From contig NC_058368.1 in assembly GCF_018350175.1 (NCBI RefSeq), positions 156,738,001-156,802,000 on the forward strand: DNA of 64,000 nt. The letters run 5' to 3'. The stretch is from Felis catus. Taxonomy: Eukaryota. Position numbers and translations under genes: made by a program. A model generated the notes under the pieces. The model worked only from the letters and a program-made list of their open reading frames with translations. It ran no database searches and had not been told where the DNA came from. This document shows, one piece after another, positions 1 through 14,409 of this stretch (its first letter is position 1; each line of letters opens with the position of its first letter).

Positions 1-689
1 AGATTCCTTGAGACATTTTCAGCACAGAAAGGTGTTTTTATTACAGGATGGGGACAGGACTTGTTGTCAGAAAGAGCTGCACTGTGGTTGTGAGGGGTGA
101 CTCATTATGTAAGATTCCCTATCCTATAGAGGGGAAAGTGATGTTAGGGCTCAAGGAAATTGAAACTATAGGTTTCTGGAGATTGCTTTTTTCTTGTAAA
201 TCATTAAGACAGTTGCAAACTGATGGAGACTCATGTTCTGCATGACTGTGATCTCTATCAGTTAACCATTTGTTTTACCCTTTCCTTTGTCCCTGGGCAG
301 CCAGGAGTATCTGAGGAATGTCACACATATCCCAAGGCTGTGGGGGCGAGGGGGTTGAGGAGGAGGGATTCTTGTGGGTGTTAGCTTGTGCTTTGCCCTC
401 AGCTTGCCTTTTGCTCCCTCCTCACAGCCATAGGAAAAGAGCAGGATAGATGGCGTGGATATTTCTGCCTTTCCAGCAGGCAGCAGAGAAAGAGCAGTTG
501 TACTCAGGAGAAGAGAGAGCACTGCCTATCTCCAAATGTTGGCGTAAGTGCCGCAGGGTGTGATCTTCAGCCTGCTTCACACTGATGTTGGCATTCTGTC
601 CCTGAGTACACGAATTTTGACTACTTTAGGTAACACCCACACCCTGGGGCTCAGACTTTTCTGAGTTTCAGGCCCCACATAGCCAACAA

Positions 690-1578
690 TTTCCTTGACA
701 TTTCTATTCAAATATCTCATGGGCAACTCAAACTCAACATGTCATCATCTCTGGATGACCCCATTCCACCTGGCCCCATCCTGCACTCAGGAAAAGCAGT
801 CACTGTCCATCCTGTTGCTCAGCAGCATCCTTTCCTCCGTTTTCTCCTCAACCTTCACATCAGACACAGGAGCAAGTACCATCAAGTACACTTCCAAAAT
901 GTGTCTTAACTCTGTCTTCTTTTCCAAATCTGTCACCACCACCCCTCGTACATGCCCCATCATCCCTAACCTGAATTTGCCCAGTAGCCTTCTGGTAATG
1001 TTTCATTCATGTCTCCCAAAGCAGCTGCAGTGATCACCAAACATAAAAATGGCCATGTTAGTCCCCTAAATTTTTTCCATGGATTTCCAAACACTGAAAA
1101 TTCCTTGTCATGGCTTACAAAATCCTGTACAATCTTCATCACCAACTTCTCCAATGTCCTCTGCAGCCACTCTCCCCTTCACTACATGCTAGCCACACAG
1201 GTCCTGTGTGAGTTGCTTGACTAAGCTCTTGTTTACTAGCGGATTTATACAGGCTGTTACTTTTGGATGGAACCTTGTTCCCCAGGCTATTTGCATGACT
1301 ATCTCCTTCTCATCCTGGAGGTATCAGCTCATCCCATCTCAGAGAGGCCTTCCCCGACCCATCTACTGAAAAAGTTCTTCATCTGCTATTATTTACCATG
1401 GTAACCTGCTGCATCCTATACTTAACTCATCATAATTTAGGAATCTTTTATGTGTGAGTAGACCTGGTTTTAGTGGATTTTATATCTCTGTGCAGTATAC
1501 CCTCATAACTCCCGCTTTTAGCAGAGTGTTTGGCACAAAGGTACTCAATATATATTTGATGAATGGATGGACAAATGA
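690..1578 (+). mobile_element. L2 LINE 3' fragment (degenerate)
   Basis: L2-like motifs (ctcaaactcaacatgtc; ctcagagaggccttcccc), ending in the typical L2 tail ggcacaaaggtactcaatatatatttgatgaatggatg. Confidence 0.75.
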
Positions 1579-1854
1579 AGAGTGGTTCCTAGATGCAGAG
1601 AAAGTGACAGGGATAAGTGTCTCAAGATTTGGTGAAGTGAGGCTTGAGTCACGTGTCAACCAGCATCATTTGTACAAGGGGTTTGTAGTCAGTGGTTGAT
1701 ATGAGCCAAATGGGCTATGGTGGTCCCATCTTCAGATATGGAGTTTGTATTTAATATGCAAACACATACCTAATGTCTGATATATGGTACATAGTAGTTT
1801 TTGAACGTTCTCAAAATAATACCATGATAAGAATGCTTATTCTATGTTTTAGAA

Positions 1855-2103
1855 ACAGTATAACATAATGGTTGAGAAGAGAACTCTGTGGCCTACTTGC
1901 ATTTGCATCCTGACTCTTACATTTCTACTGTGGGACCTCGGGAAAGTGGCTTAACCTCTTTATGTCTCTGTTTTCCATTCTGTGAAATAGATAATAACAG
2001 GTCATGCCTCATCAAGTTGTGAGAATGGAGAGAGTTAATAATTGCACCATGATTCTGATAGTGTTAGAGTGCACAGTAAACACTATAGAAATGTTAGCTA
2101 TTA
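1855..2103 (+). mobile_element. MIR SINE
   Basis: MIR core: gtgggacctcgggaaagtggcttaacctctttatgtctctgttttccattctgtgaaatagataataacag. Confidence 0.8.
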
Positions 2104-5100
2104 GTGTATATTTCCAGAAACAGCAGGAAAAAGGTTGTATTTGGAACAGATGAACTCTGAAAATATGTCTCTCAGCAATACAGTATTCTGAGGATCCAAC
2201 CACATGCAGCAATTCATGAAAATCTGCACAGATAGAGATGCTATAATTTCACTGCTATTGTTACCTTGGAAAGAATTCATTTGAAAGGCTAATTAGCCAC
2301 ACATGCAATTCTTTAGAAGATGCACAGAAACCTTGTACAAAGCTACGGTCGACTAAATGAATGTGAAATCTATATCAGCGCTAACAGCTAATTTCACAAT
2401 TTGACTACCCCTCAATACCTCCAGAGATAGAGCTCTTAAAAATAAATGTTCCTCCTCTATTAACTTTTATCTTGGATGTTATTTCATTATGCTAATAGTC
2501 TACCTATTGATCAACTCTATTCATTTTTCTTAAGCCTCAGGAAGAAATGCTAAAATATTCAAGGATGAAAGAATGAATGAATAAGAGCAACAGCATCAAT
2601 ACTACCTCACCACTTTTCACTTTACAATGTCAAATTAGGAGTGTTTTAAAGGATGATTACAAGTTCAGCAGAGAGGGTCACATTGCAGAAGTCCTCCTGA
2701 CCATCCCTATCCTAACAACCTCTCTCCTTGATTCCTCCTCTCTCTGAAGTTAGTTACCCTCTACTCTGTGCAATGTCAACACCCACCTGTGCGTTGTCAA
2801 TATCTACTTCTGTTACTGTCTCACTGTATTTTAACCCTTGACTACACACTTCTATTTACCCTACTAGACTGTGAATTCCTAGATTTGAGGACCAGGACTA
2901 ACTCATCTTTGCAGGTACCTTGATGAAGATCTATCACATTGATTTGAATTTCATGAAAGACTATAATCATGATTAATATTTGACACTAAAGCAGTATTTC
3001 AAATGGCATTCCTGCTGGAAGGTAAGCTCTTTGAGGGCAGTAATTTTTATCTATTTGGTTCACTCCATTATGTATCTAGACTAGTGTTTGAGACTAGTGT
3101 ATCTTGACATGGTGTGAGAACTTACTACATATATTAAGGAAGTGTAGAGACTAGCTACCTATAACCTAAAGTAATGTTTATGGTTCCTGTACCAGAATAG
3201 GGCTAAGAATTAAGCAGTGGCCACAACAACTATATGGAAGTAGATGATGAGACTATTTTTCTTCTGTACTAGTCTCCATTTCACTTTGTAGACCATCTAT
3301 GAATGTGAACACAGTTCTACCCTGAGCTATGCTTGGTTATGAGAATTCACATTTACAAAGTGTTTCATTTAATACTCTTTTTGTGGGTTAACTTACACAG
3401 TGCTTGATTTATTTATTCCAAAAACTAGATTGAATTCCTAAAGCCTTAAAAATAGCTAAGCACTGGCTTGGAATCAGACCGTTATGATGTTGTCTTGGCA
3501 GGTATATAATTGGCACAGGTTGTTTGAAGGTGTCTTGGCTGAAAACTCAGAATTTTCTATTGAAGGCAGAGATTAACTTGTGTATCATGTCCCCTTTGTC
3601 AGAGACGTCTTTAACATTTTTTTCTGTTTTCCTGATTTATGAAGAGAACTTTGAAAATCAATATAAATTGGAACCAACTAGAGAGATATTTTCATTCTTC
3701 AGAAAAGATGCCTAAAGTGGCTGAAAACTGACCCCTGAGCTTGTATCACCATGGTCTCAGTGAAATCTGTTCTTCCCAGTGCCTCATATAACGCAGGTTA
3801 AATGGTCTATGAGGCACTACATGGGTACCATGGTATAGACTCACACTGCACCCTGGAAGCAGTGAATGTTTCTCCTTGGCATGGACAATTTATCCTTTGA
3901 AAGTCAAGTCGTGGGAGGAGATGTGGTTCCCTGAGTGCCTAACTGGTAGCATACAGTGTGTCATAACTGGTTGACCACTCTCAAAATATGTCATTGCATT
4001 AATGAAAATGAGGAACTTTAGAGATATTTCCATTTTAACAGATATTAGTTCTTTTTGATTCAATATTAATTAATGTCATTTTTAAAGAATAGAGAAAATA
4101 AAAGGCCATCAGTACTGTGTCCTCTCCTCCTATGAAACATTGTACCTCCTATAAAATTAACAATGGCTGCAATTTAGAAGTCTGACGCTGTATCAAGGAA
4201 TTTATATAATTATTTCCGAGGAATATGACTTCTAAGTACCAAACAGCCTACCCACCCTCTCTTCCCTTTTCTCCCAATCCCTACCTCTCCCTTATACCCA
4301 TCAGTTCATCCACCCATCCATCCACCCACCCACCCATTGGAGGGAATGGATACACAAACATAGATTGAGACATAGCTCTCATCCATTAGGAAACACGTAA
4401 ATTTGGTGTTACATGTAATGTAATGAGATATTAAGCAGAAAAAGTTATTAAATTGCATAATATATTCAAAGGAAACTTTCTGATAATGACTGCATATAAA
4501 ATATGTTAAGCACAGGGAGCTCACGATATTGTGCTTGAATAACACAAACTGACAAACGTAACTGCAGCATAATTGCTTTTCCACTCTTTCCAACACATAA
4601 AAGGAATAGAATTTGTTTTTTTAATTAGATTTAGAAGCTAGAGTATGAGTAATTTACTAATGTGCTTTTAATCTTTGTCTGCCATTAGTTGTAATTGCTG
4701 TCATAAACAAAAGATGGCAAAGAAAAAGCACAGCATATGGTTTATATAAAATTTTTTACATGAAAAATATTATTTTTACTGACTTCATATTTACTAGAAT
4801 TTGCACCCTATGGAAGAAAAGACACGGATCATTATAACGACAAATCCTTTGTCACTGGGATTAATTTCATAAAGAATTTATGCCCACTGTTGTCATGCTG
4901 AGAATAGCAAATAATGATGATAAATGCTCTTACAGATTCTAGTCAAAATGTCACTTATCTCTCCTGAGGGAAGATGAGAAGCTGCAAAAATAGATAAATC
5001 ATTGTCGGCAGTAAGAGTTCACCATTGCCCCCAAACACATATTAATGTCCTACTTATTAAGCAACTAAGGTAATACAAAAGAAATACTTAGAATAAGACG

Positions 5101-6055
5101 TCCAACTACTAGTTCCCCTGATCTGAAGACTTGAAGCATATGGCTGCTCCATGGCTGCTCACTGGGTCCTATTCAGAGTTTCCTCAGTTGAGAAGAGTAT
5201 TCACTGTAACAAGGTATAATAACTAATAGAATCCTGCAATATCAACCACTATTATCAAAGGGCAGGAGATCTGAGAGAAGAGTGACAAAGGATCAATGTT
5301 ACCATCTTCCTTCTAGCAGAAAAGAAAGAGGGAGTCAAATTTTATAGCAAAGAGCTCTTGATAGGTGACTAATTGAATTCACTTCCAAAGAACCTCAGTC
5401 AAGTCTTTGGAAAAGAGATATGTATACCCAGGAAGTTGCACTAATGGAAAGTCCTTGTGTATTGGAATATACTGAATTCTAAAAGGCATCGGTGACAAAG
5501 CTTCCTGTGTTGGCATTAGCCATTTTGCTCTTACACCTCTAAATTCCTTAATGGCATCATCTTTAATTAAGCAGTGATGCATCTGAATCCCCAGACTCTT
5601 ATTTTCCTCATCAAACTCAAGTGTGAGGAGCTCACAGTGCTCAGGCTAAACATTAGCTCATTTCTCTGCAAAATAAAAAAATGCCAGCAAGGCACTTCTG
5701 AGTTTAGCACTTCCCATTAAGTTTCTTAATATTTGCCTCCTATAGAGAAACACTCTTATTCAAGGAAAACAACTCACAGTTGGATGCCAAGACTCTTTTG
5801 AGGAGGTTTGAATTACTGCCCACTAGTAAGAGCAAAGTTTGTTGAGGCAGAAACCTCAGATGAACAAATAAAAATTTGGAATAGCATAAAGGTTACAAAA
5901 TCATTGTAAAATAGCTTAAATAAGTGAAAGGATACCAAATCAGAAAGAGAAAGAAGGAATAAAATTGCATCCAGAGACGCAAAAACTAAAAGGCTAACAT
6001 GCAGAAGCAGTTACAAAAGGACTGGTCTCCCAGGAAATATGATCAACTATTCTGA

Positions 6056-6607
6056 TGCAGGGGCCAAGGGCAGGCTACTCCACAATGGGCCACTTTGTTG
6101 TATTGATTATTTTAAATAAAAGTTATGTTACTTAAGAGATAGCCAGTGCAAGGACACTGAGACCCTCCCTCCTCTGTTCCCCTGAAAGCAGGAAATACAC
6201 TTCCTATGTAAAAGGTCCCCTCCCTGTAGTAGAGGTAAAGAGACATCCTTTTCACTAGAGATAGGAAATTTAGAGCTGAGAAGGCTATATAAACAGCCTT
6301 GTTACTTTTCAATAATTTATCACCCCATCCAAAATTCTGTTTAGATTTCCTTATTGATTAAAACTCCCAAAGTTAAGTTTTCTTTGTCTAGTCAATTCCT
6401 CAAAGATTCATTGTCTTCTTGTCTAAAAAGTATGTATGAAAACCATCTGCCTTGGTCATTTCTGTGAGCCTCAATTTTATTACTGGGCCTCTGTGTGCAC
6501 ATAACAAAACTTTGCTTTTTTCTTCTGTTAATCTGTCTCATGTAAATCTAATTCTTAGTCTGTCTGTAAACCTTGAAGGTTAGAGAAGAATTTTCCTTCC
6601 CCCCCAC
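6056..6607 (+). mobile_element. ERV1 solo LTR, MER34-like
   Basis: Starts TG (tgcaggggcc); ends with MER34/MER39-type U5 ttttcttctgttaatctgtctcatgtaaatctaattcttagtc...gaaggttagagaagaattttccttcccccca. Confidence 0.7.
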
Positions 6608-6932
6608 TAGAAAAGCTCCTTAGCACCCAATCTTCTATCTTGAGTCACATGGATCGAAATCCAATTCCATATACTAGAAAAAAGAATATCCAAGTTCAAA
6701 ATAAAGATTTGAAAAACATCTTCACTCTTTCCTCTTTGGGCCTTCGGACAGATGGAGAGCAGGGAGGGCTCCAGGGTACCCTGGCCCCACCGCTCAAAAG
6801 ATATTAAGCAGCCATGTAGATGTGGCAGTCCTGAAGCTACCAAAGTAACATTTGGGAGACATTGTTCCATAGCACTAGGATTAAATTCACCTTTTATAGC
6901 TGAAGAAGACATAAGTAATATGACATGAAGGC

Positions 6933-7115
6933 AGGTGCCAGATTTACAACAACAGGATGTCCAACTAAATTGGAATTTCAGATAAATAAATAATTCTCTA
7001 GTATAAGCATTTCCTATGCAATATTTGGGAAATAATTTTATTGAAATATATCTATAATTTTTATTTACCTGAAATTCTAATTTAGCTGGGATTCTTGTAT
7101 TATATCTGGCAACCA
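6933..7115. mobile_element. MER53 palindromic MITE (DNA transposon relic)
   Basis: Terminal inverted repeats ggtgccagat / atctggcaacc; internal inverted arms aaattggaatttcagataaa / tttacctgaaattctaattt; centre cctatgcaatatttggga. Confidence 0.85.
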
Positions 7116-7120
7116 TATGT

Positions 7121-7425
7121 CCTGGAGTAGGATGGACCCTAATCCAATATGACTAGTGTCCTTATTAAAAAGGGAAATTTGGACATAGAGACATAGACAC
7201 ACAGGGGGAACACCATGGGCAGATATGCTGCACAAGACAAGGAACTACCAGAAGATATGAGAGAGGCTGAAATAGATCCCTCCCTTGTGCCTTTAGAAGG
7301 AACATGGTCTATGCTGACACCTTGATGCCGAAATTCCAGCCTCCACCCTGTGTGACAATACATTTCTATTATTTGAACCCACTCATTTTGTGGTATGTTG
7401 TTAAGGCAGCCCTAGGAAACGAATA
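7121..7425 (+). mobile_element. MLT1 (MaLR) LTR, MLT1A/B-like, 5' part missing
   Basis: ccctaatccaatatgactagtgtccttatta...gacaccttgatg...ttccagcctcca...ttgtggtatgttgttaaggcagccctaggaaac. Confidence 0.85.
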
Positions 7426-7929
7426 TGTGGACAGAATCATCATTTTACTGTCTTTTTTTTCCTTTCATTTTTTACTCTGGCTACAGGAACTGTATTCTGG
7501 GCTAGTTGCTTTGGCCAAAGCATGACTTGTATACCAGTCTTATCCAATCTCATCCCAGGACTGAGGCTTTTCATATACTCAGTACTTGAAATTCCCCAAA
7601 ACTGGGGTCCTGTAGAATCCCCAGTCATTTAGAAAGTACAGACCAGCTCATAAATCCTAATGCTACATATTTATATTTATATATTTATAATAAGTGAATA
7701 CTGTGACAGTGAATCTCTCCACCTGCTGAGATGACCACCCATTGTGTAGCTCAGGACCTCCCTGCCAGCATTTCCTTAAATGCCAAAACTTCCTCCTTAG
7801 CTAGATGTGTGACCTCTCCAGCTCTCTTTTCTAGGAAAATTGGTCTGTAAACTAGTCTCACTCATCTCCTATCCTTGAACAAGTGGCTTATTATACTTTA
7901 AGCAGAAACATGATTAAATATATATTTGA

Positions 7930-8120
7930 AGGGTACCTGGGTGGCTCAGTCAGTTGAGTGTCTGACTTGGGCTCAGGTCATGATCTCACAGTTTGTGAGT
8001 TCAAGCCCCATATTAGGCTTGCTGCTGTCAGCATGTCAGCACAGAGCTCACTTTGGATCCTCTGTCCCCTTTTCTCTGCCCCTCCCCTGCTTGTGTTCTC
8101 CCCAAAATAAATATATGTGT
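7930..8120 (+). mobile_element. CAN-SINE (feliform, older)
   Basis: gggtacctgggtggctcagtcagtt head, CT-rich region, A/T tail; TSD atatatatttga on both sides. Confidence 0.93.
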
Positions 8121-11100
8121 ATATATATTTGAGAAACATGTTTCTGCATATACCAAAAAAGTACAAATTGAAAAATAAAGAAAGAAGCTCCAAGAGAATA
8201 ACCTAAAAACAATGCATGTGTATATAATATTAAGTTTCTCTGAAAATTTGGGGAAGTAGGTAGGTTATTTTCTAAGTCAAACCTATGAAGTTTTGAAATA
8301 AGATCCAGCACTTTCTGGGTCAGCCTTAATATCAAGTTAGATTACTTCCAAACATTTTCAACAAGTATTTCTCAAAATGTGGTCCACTAAGACTTCATTG
8401 GCCTATTACCATGGCAATTCTACCTTAGAGCTACTGAGTCATTCTTCGAGGATGGGGTCCAAGAATATATCCAGAAAAATTTCTACACATATTAAAGGTG
8501 ATATATGAAATAATTTAAAGGATTTTAGTGGTTGGCTTAACCTTCAAACATTCTGCTGCCACTCCTTTTCTACATTTTTGCAAATTGGATTTTTGTTTTC
8601 TGGTCATCAATCAAAAAGCTATAATCTTATGATTGAAAGCTGTCATCCTATAGCTCTCCTAAAAGCCCTCTGCTTCTAGTTGTAGTAGAGGTATGAAGGG
8701 ACCCCAAACCAAAGGTCTGTGACTTTGTTGGGAGTTAGTTTCCAGGGACCATGTGAGTAATGAACAAAGAAAGTGCTATTCCACGGGTTTGCTTGGGGGC
8801 CCCAGGTTAAATTTATGATACTGGGCTATAGATGTTTTAATGTGTGGTTTCTCAACACACAAAATTTCATTAAGCTTGTTTTAATAAAAGAAGACTGGGT
8901 GGCTGTCCAGCTGAACCAAGTTTTAGTACTAGGAGAACACCATGAGTATTTAAAATTCAATTCTGGCCATGCAACGTTTAAATAAAAAGAAACTAATACC
9001 GCAACAGGGAAAAATATTTTACAGTTTTCTTTACCTCAGAAAGTTACTACAGCAAGTAAATGTAACAAAGAAATACCTGCAAACCCTAAAATAATTCTAC
9101 TTATTATCCAAAAAACAACGGACCTATTTTTAGGCACAAAACAGTACGTTTGTAAATGTTCCATATTTTTACATGTAAACTAGGGAAACAAAATAATACT
9201 TAGGAGAACTGCAGACCAAAGTTTGAAATGACAAAATTCTTTCCAGATATTATTATCAAGAGCTTATGAAGCATGAGCTCTTTTCATGGGTTTAAATAAG
9301 CATATCTCCACCCCCTTAAAATCAGAATGACAAGCTTCTCAGTCCTTATAAAACCATCTACTCCAAAGCAGACATTAATTCAAGGTGTTATTGAGCTCAT
9401 GAATGTGCTGTTCACATCTGAATACAAAACTATGACTACACATAAATCGGGAGCTTCAGGGAATTTTGGGGTAGGAGTAAGGATTGTAATGAACTCCACC
9501 ATCCAGTATCTACCTCCTGCTTCTCTGATCCTACTATGCACAGGAATCACTGGTAGCCTAGTCAAAATGAAGACAGGGATTCCATGGCTGGGCTGAGACC
9601 TCAGCTCACACGACATTTCTACTTTGGGAAGCAAAGGTCTAACCTGTATTCTTTGTATCAGAAAGAAAAGGAGAGGCAGAAACACTAAAGGAAACACTCA
9701 AAAAGTTACAGCAATCTTCAGTGAGTACCTCCTAGGTGCCAAGCAGAGGGTGATGGACTTTGATTCACAAATTGCAACACAATCCCTGATGTCTTACTGA
9801 TGGCACACCCAACTGTAGCCTCCACAAATCAACAGATAGAGGAGACTTCAAGGAGACAGTCAACCACTCACAAAATGTTTGATGCTGAAAAGCAGAACCT
9901 TAAAAGGAATATAGAGGGACTCTACTATGTAGTTATAATAATATTGAGCTTAAGACTAAAAAAGATATTATGTAGTGGGTAAAAATCATCTTTCTTCCAT
10001 GTCCATGATCATACGCTCCAAACTTGCCCTATTGGAAGAATTATCTGGGGCTTTTGGTAGTTCTCAGGCTCCAGATTGATCTGCCAAATCATCCCAGGTT
10101 AATTTTGGTCATTCTTCTAATCGAAAAGTTCAGAAAATATGGGGTTTTTATTTTATTTTGCTTTTAAGAATTTTGAATATTTAAAGCTTAAAGTAATCTT
10201 ATTCTGCTCCAATATGCACGAGGAATAAGATACAGTAAAATAGGTGAGAACACTAAGGCTCTTATGGCTCCAGGGGCCTGTCCAAGATCACTGAGTTAGT
10301 TTTAGTGGAGCTAAGACTTGCTTTCCCACTTTTCCAGAATAAAACTCAATACATCAGAACTCTAAAACTAAATAAAATCATTTTAAAACAGGGAATTGCA
10401 ATCAGGAAGATTATCTTCTTGGGATTTTTTAAAAGAATAAGTCATGATTCAATTTAATGATCATTATCCATTCTGTACAAGAGACAGTACTAGATGCTGC
10501 AGAAGATATAAAAAAGGACAAAACAAAAATCCTTCTAGTTCTTACTTATAGCTGTGAGGATTGGGTATCACCCATTTGACAAATGTGGGTCTCTGAGTCT
10601 CTCCAGTAAGCACATGTCTGCATTGTTCATGACTCAGTACCGCATGTGACATTCCCATTCCAGCAGTGGAGTCTGTATGTTTGTATCCCACTTTGATGGT
10701 AATAATTCCTGTCTCAGAGATGTTGTCCTTGTCGGTTCTCTGAGGAAATAGACTTCCTACATCCCCTAATACTGCCGCTCTGCTCTAGGGTTTCCATTAA
10801 AAGGAGTGAAATCTCTCATTCCTCCTTGCCCCCTTCCAAGAACTGATCTCAAAGACATAATAGTGAGTATAAAAACAAGGTATAGGAAAATATATGGTAT
10901 GATTTCATTTATATACTATATTTTGCTTATGGCTGCACACATATTTATGTAAAAAGATGAAAAGGGGGTTGAAAGAATACTAGATTCATGGCCACAAGGG
11001 GTCTCTAATTTTACTTCTTGGGGAAAAACAAGACTGGAAGCAAGTTAACACAAAATCTTATTGACATTTGTTAATGATGGAGAATGGAAACATAGGTGCT

Positions 11101-13889
11101 TGTTATTCTTTGTATTTCTATACTTTTGAAAATGTCTTTTTAAAAAAAGAATAAAGTAAACCTGTGTGCAAGTTACAATTATGTCACATGTGTTGTTGAA
11201 TTTAAAAATGTTCAGCTGGGCAGTAAAAACTATTCTGAGAGAAACTTCTTTTCTTTTTGAAAACTGATCTGTGGTGCGACGCGATGCGGAAATGAATCAT
11301 TTGGCAAAGTAAAGGTTAGTAAGAATAATTTAGTTGTTAGGAGTTAGAATTAGAAACTCTTTCTGTATTAGATATAATTTACCCAAAATTTAACCTCAGA
11401 TTGCAGGCCACATAAATCACTTAGAAATAAGAGAGACATTAAACAGAAATTTATACAACTAATAAAAATGAATTTTAAAATATACTTAAATAGAGATTGA
11501 GGACAGTCTCTCAGAAGATAATAACTGTTTTGTTTAGCAAATAGCTCCCAAAGTTTTTGGTAAATTGAGACAGGGATAGTCTCAAATTACAAACGATTCC
11601 AAAGTTCATCTTAGTATATACCTTTAGGTGGCTCTTGGTTCCCCCAACCCCAAATTTTTCTTTAGAGTAGTCAATGCAGTGATGAATAGGGTTCTCTGAG
11701 CTCTATCTATTTCATAGTGGTGGGCTTGTTTATTTTTTTTCCCTCTTCAACCACTGGAGCAACAATGAGCAGCAAAATATCAAAAAGAAGAAGAATGGGA
11801 AGCAAGGGCAGAGATGATCAAACTTAGATAATCTTTCCAGAACAACATTTATTGTACATCTCCATTTCATGGGACTTAGTTCAATGACTAGAAGCCTGTT
11901 TTCAATGAAAGAGTAACTTTATTTCTGTTAACTGGGGTTGTTTTAATTAAATCGCAGGAAAAAAAAAAAAACAGCCTTCTCAAGATAAATCAGTGTTCAG
12001 ATAGAAATCATTTTCAGCCCAGCAATTTTTACAGCCTTTGGTTCGCTATTCATATTCTAATAGAATAAATTAGCTGAGGCTTCAGCTCTTTTCTCTAATT
12101 CTATTAAAGATCTTCCAAATAATGCAAATAGATAAATTATATATGGTTGATTCTTAGAAAACAGTAGAATTTAATGTCCTATCACAACATTAAAGGAGGA
12201 ATAATGAAGGAAAAATACATTCCCGCTTCAGCCTAAGCTATGCATAGTTCAGATTTTGCTTTTAAAGATTTTCATGAAACATAAAATGCCACATTTCCTA
12301 TATTCTCACATTACTGTATTTTTGCTAATCCCATGAGTCAAGGCCAGTACTAAGAGGAAGAATCTAATGGAAAGGAAAAACAGTGAGCAAGTAATTGAAT
12401 TTTTGGCCTGGATCTGTACCATATGCTCTGTGTATGACCTGTGGCAACTCAATCTTTCTGTCCCCCTTTGTATTTAATAAAATAAGGCTTCTAGGACCTC
12501 CTTTGCTTACCCTACAACTATTATGAGGTTCAAAGGAAATACCGTATAGGAAAGTACTTTGGAAACTATTAGGCCTTATGCAGACTTGAAATAAGTTACT
12601 CTGGCATGAATTTAAATAAAAATAAATGAAAGGGTGGGGATAAAAGATTTCCAGGTAGGGAAGATTGTGGTGATTTTTCCTTCTCTCCTGATGAGCTTAC
12701 TGGGCCGAGTGCTTCCTGCTACTTGGGACAATTCGTTCCTGTTTAATTTACCTCAGAGATAACCCCAAATAGGGTTTTCAGGGGACAAGGAGAGCAATAT
12801 GCTCTAAGAGTTTCTTTGACACTCTCTTTTGAAAAGGCCCACAGTTCCTTGACCTCAATGCTGGTCTACTCAACAATGTCTACAGTTCCCATCCCAGACC
12901 CTTGCATCCAGGTTAGGACCCAGGGACTCAGAAACTCTAGCCACTGTGGTGACAAGCATATGCATGTAACCAGTCAGATTATTCTCTGAAATCTTGCAGA
13001 AATCTCAGTTGAGTCCATTTTGTACCCAAAGTTTTATTATTGGAGTCTTATCTCCAGCAGTTCACAGTGAAGAAGAGAGAGAGGAGAAAAAGAGGAGATG
13101 TACAGGATGGTGATAGCAGTCATGGGACAAGGAGAGGGGAGGATAAACATAATAAGGACACTTTTTTTAAAATTTCTAGACAGCTTTCTTTTGTCACTAG
13201 GAATAAAATTTTTTGCACTTTCTCAAAAGGCAGGGGAAAAGGAACTTGAGAGACCGTTTTATTCTGTGAACCCAAGATGGAGGTAAACCCTGGTCAGAAT
13301 AAACCAATTAAAGGCAATAAGTGGCCTAACCCTAGGAACTCTGGTGGGACAGAAAAGAGGTATTTAGGGGGTTAGTTTAGAAATAAGGAAAGCATTTTGC
13401 AGGCTGCAGGTCCTAAGCCCCTGGCTATTCTCTGCTTATACTTACCCTGCTCCCTAGTTCCATGCTCCCTTCAGCACCCCAGCCTCTATAGCACCTGCCA
13501 CACTCCTCTCCCCTGTCTCATCTCTGTCTCTTTGGTTCCTGAAGATGGAGGGGCACCGAATCTGCTTGATACTCAGGGAAGGGAAGGGAAATGTGTCCCT
13601 GTGTTAGCAGTGCATCTCTGGCACACTGGATGACCACCTCCTGCAGAGCTGTTAGAATCTCACCAGTTAATTATTGGTGGGTTAAACAGAGTTGTGGAAG
13701 TTGGTCATCATTCATAGACTTTCTGTTGGAAAATGCACCCCAACTTCTAACCTTACAGAGAACAATTTACTCCTAAATTCAAGAAAGCTAAAAAAAAGCA
13801 AAAACATAAAATAAATAAAAGGCCCTATAGGCAGGTGTATCAAAGTTTGCAAATAAAGAAAGGACTAATATATATCTTTTTCTTTTTTT

Positions 13890-14113
13890 TTTTTTAATTT
13901 TTTTTTCAACGTTTTATTATTTATTTTTGGGACAGAGAGAGACAGAGCATGAACGGGGGAGGGGCAGAGAGAGAGGGAGACACAGAATCAGAAACAGGCT
14001 CCAGGCTCCGAACCATCAGCCCAGAGCCTGACGCGGGGCTCGAACCCACGGACCGCGAGATCGTGACCTGGCTGAAGTCAGACGCTTAGCCGACTGCGCC
14101 ACCCAGGCGCCCC
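13890..14113 (-). mobile_element. Young SINEC_Fc-type CAN-SINE
   Basis: Near-consensus with CpGs intact; 18-bp TSD atatctttttcttttttt at 13872-13889 and 14114-14131. Confidence 0.97.
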
Positions 14114-14196
14114 ATATCTTTTTCTTTTTTTAATAATTAAAAAAATCATTGCCTTCTGTTGATTGTTGATGGCTCTATCTAAATTGACTTTGTTCT

Positions 14197-14409
14197 GGGG
14201 TGCCTGGGTGGTTCAGTCAGTTAAGCTTCTGACTCTTGCTTTCGGCCCAGGTCATGATTTCATGGTTCATGACTTTGGGTCCTGCATGGGGTTCTGCACG
14301 GACAGTGTGGAGCCTGCTTGGGATTCTCTTTCTCTTCCTCTCTCTCTGACCCTTCCCACCTCTATCTTTCTCAAAATAAATAAACTTAAAAAATTTTTTT
14401 AAATAAAAG
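14197..14409 (+). mobile_element. CAN-SINE (older)
   Basis: ggggtgcctgggtggttcagtcagttaagc head; A-rich tail; TSD aat(t/a)gactttgtt. Confidence 0.95.

Noticed and set aside
6607..7116. 169-aa ORF, the longest in the window
   Set aside because: Starts within MER53 and has no recognisable domain; chance frame.
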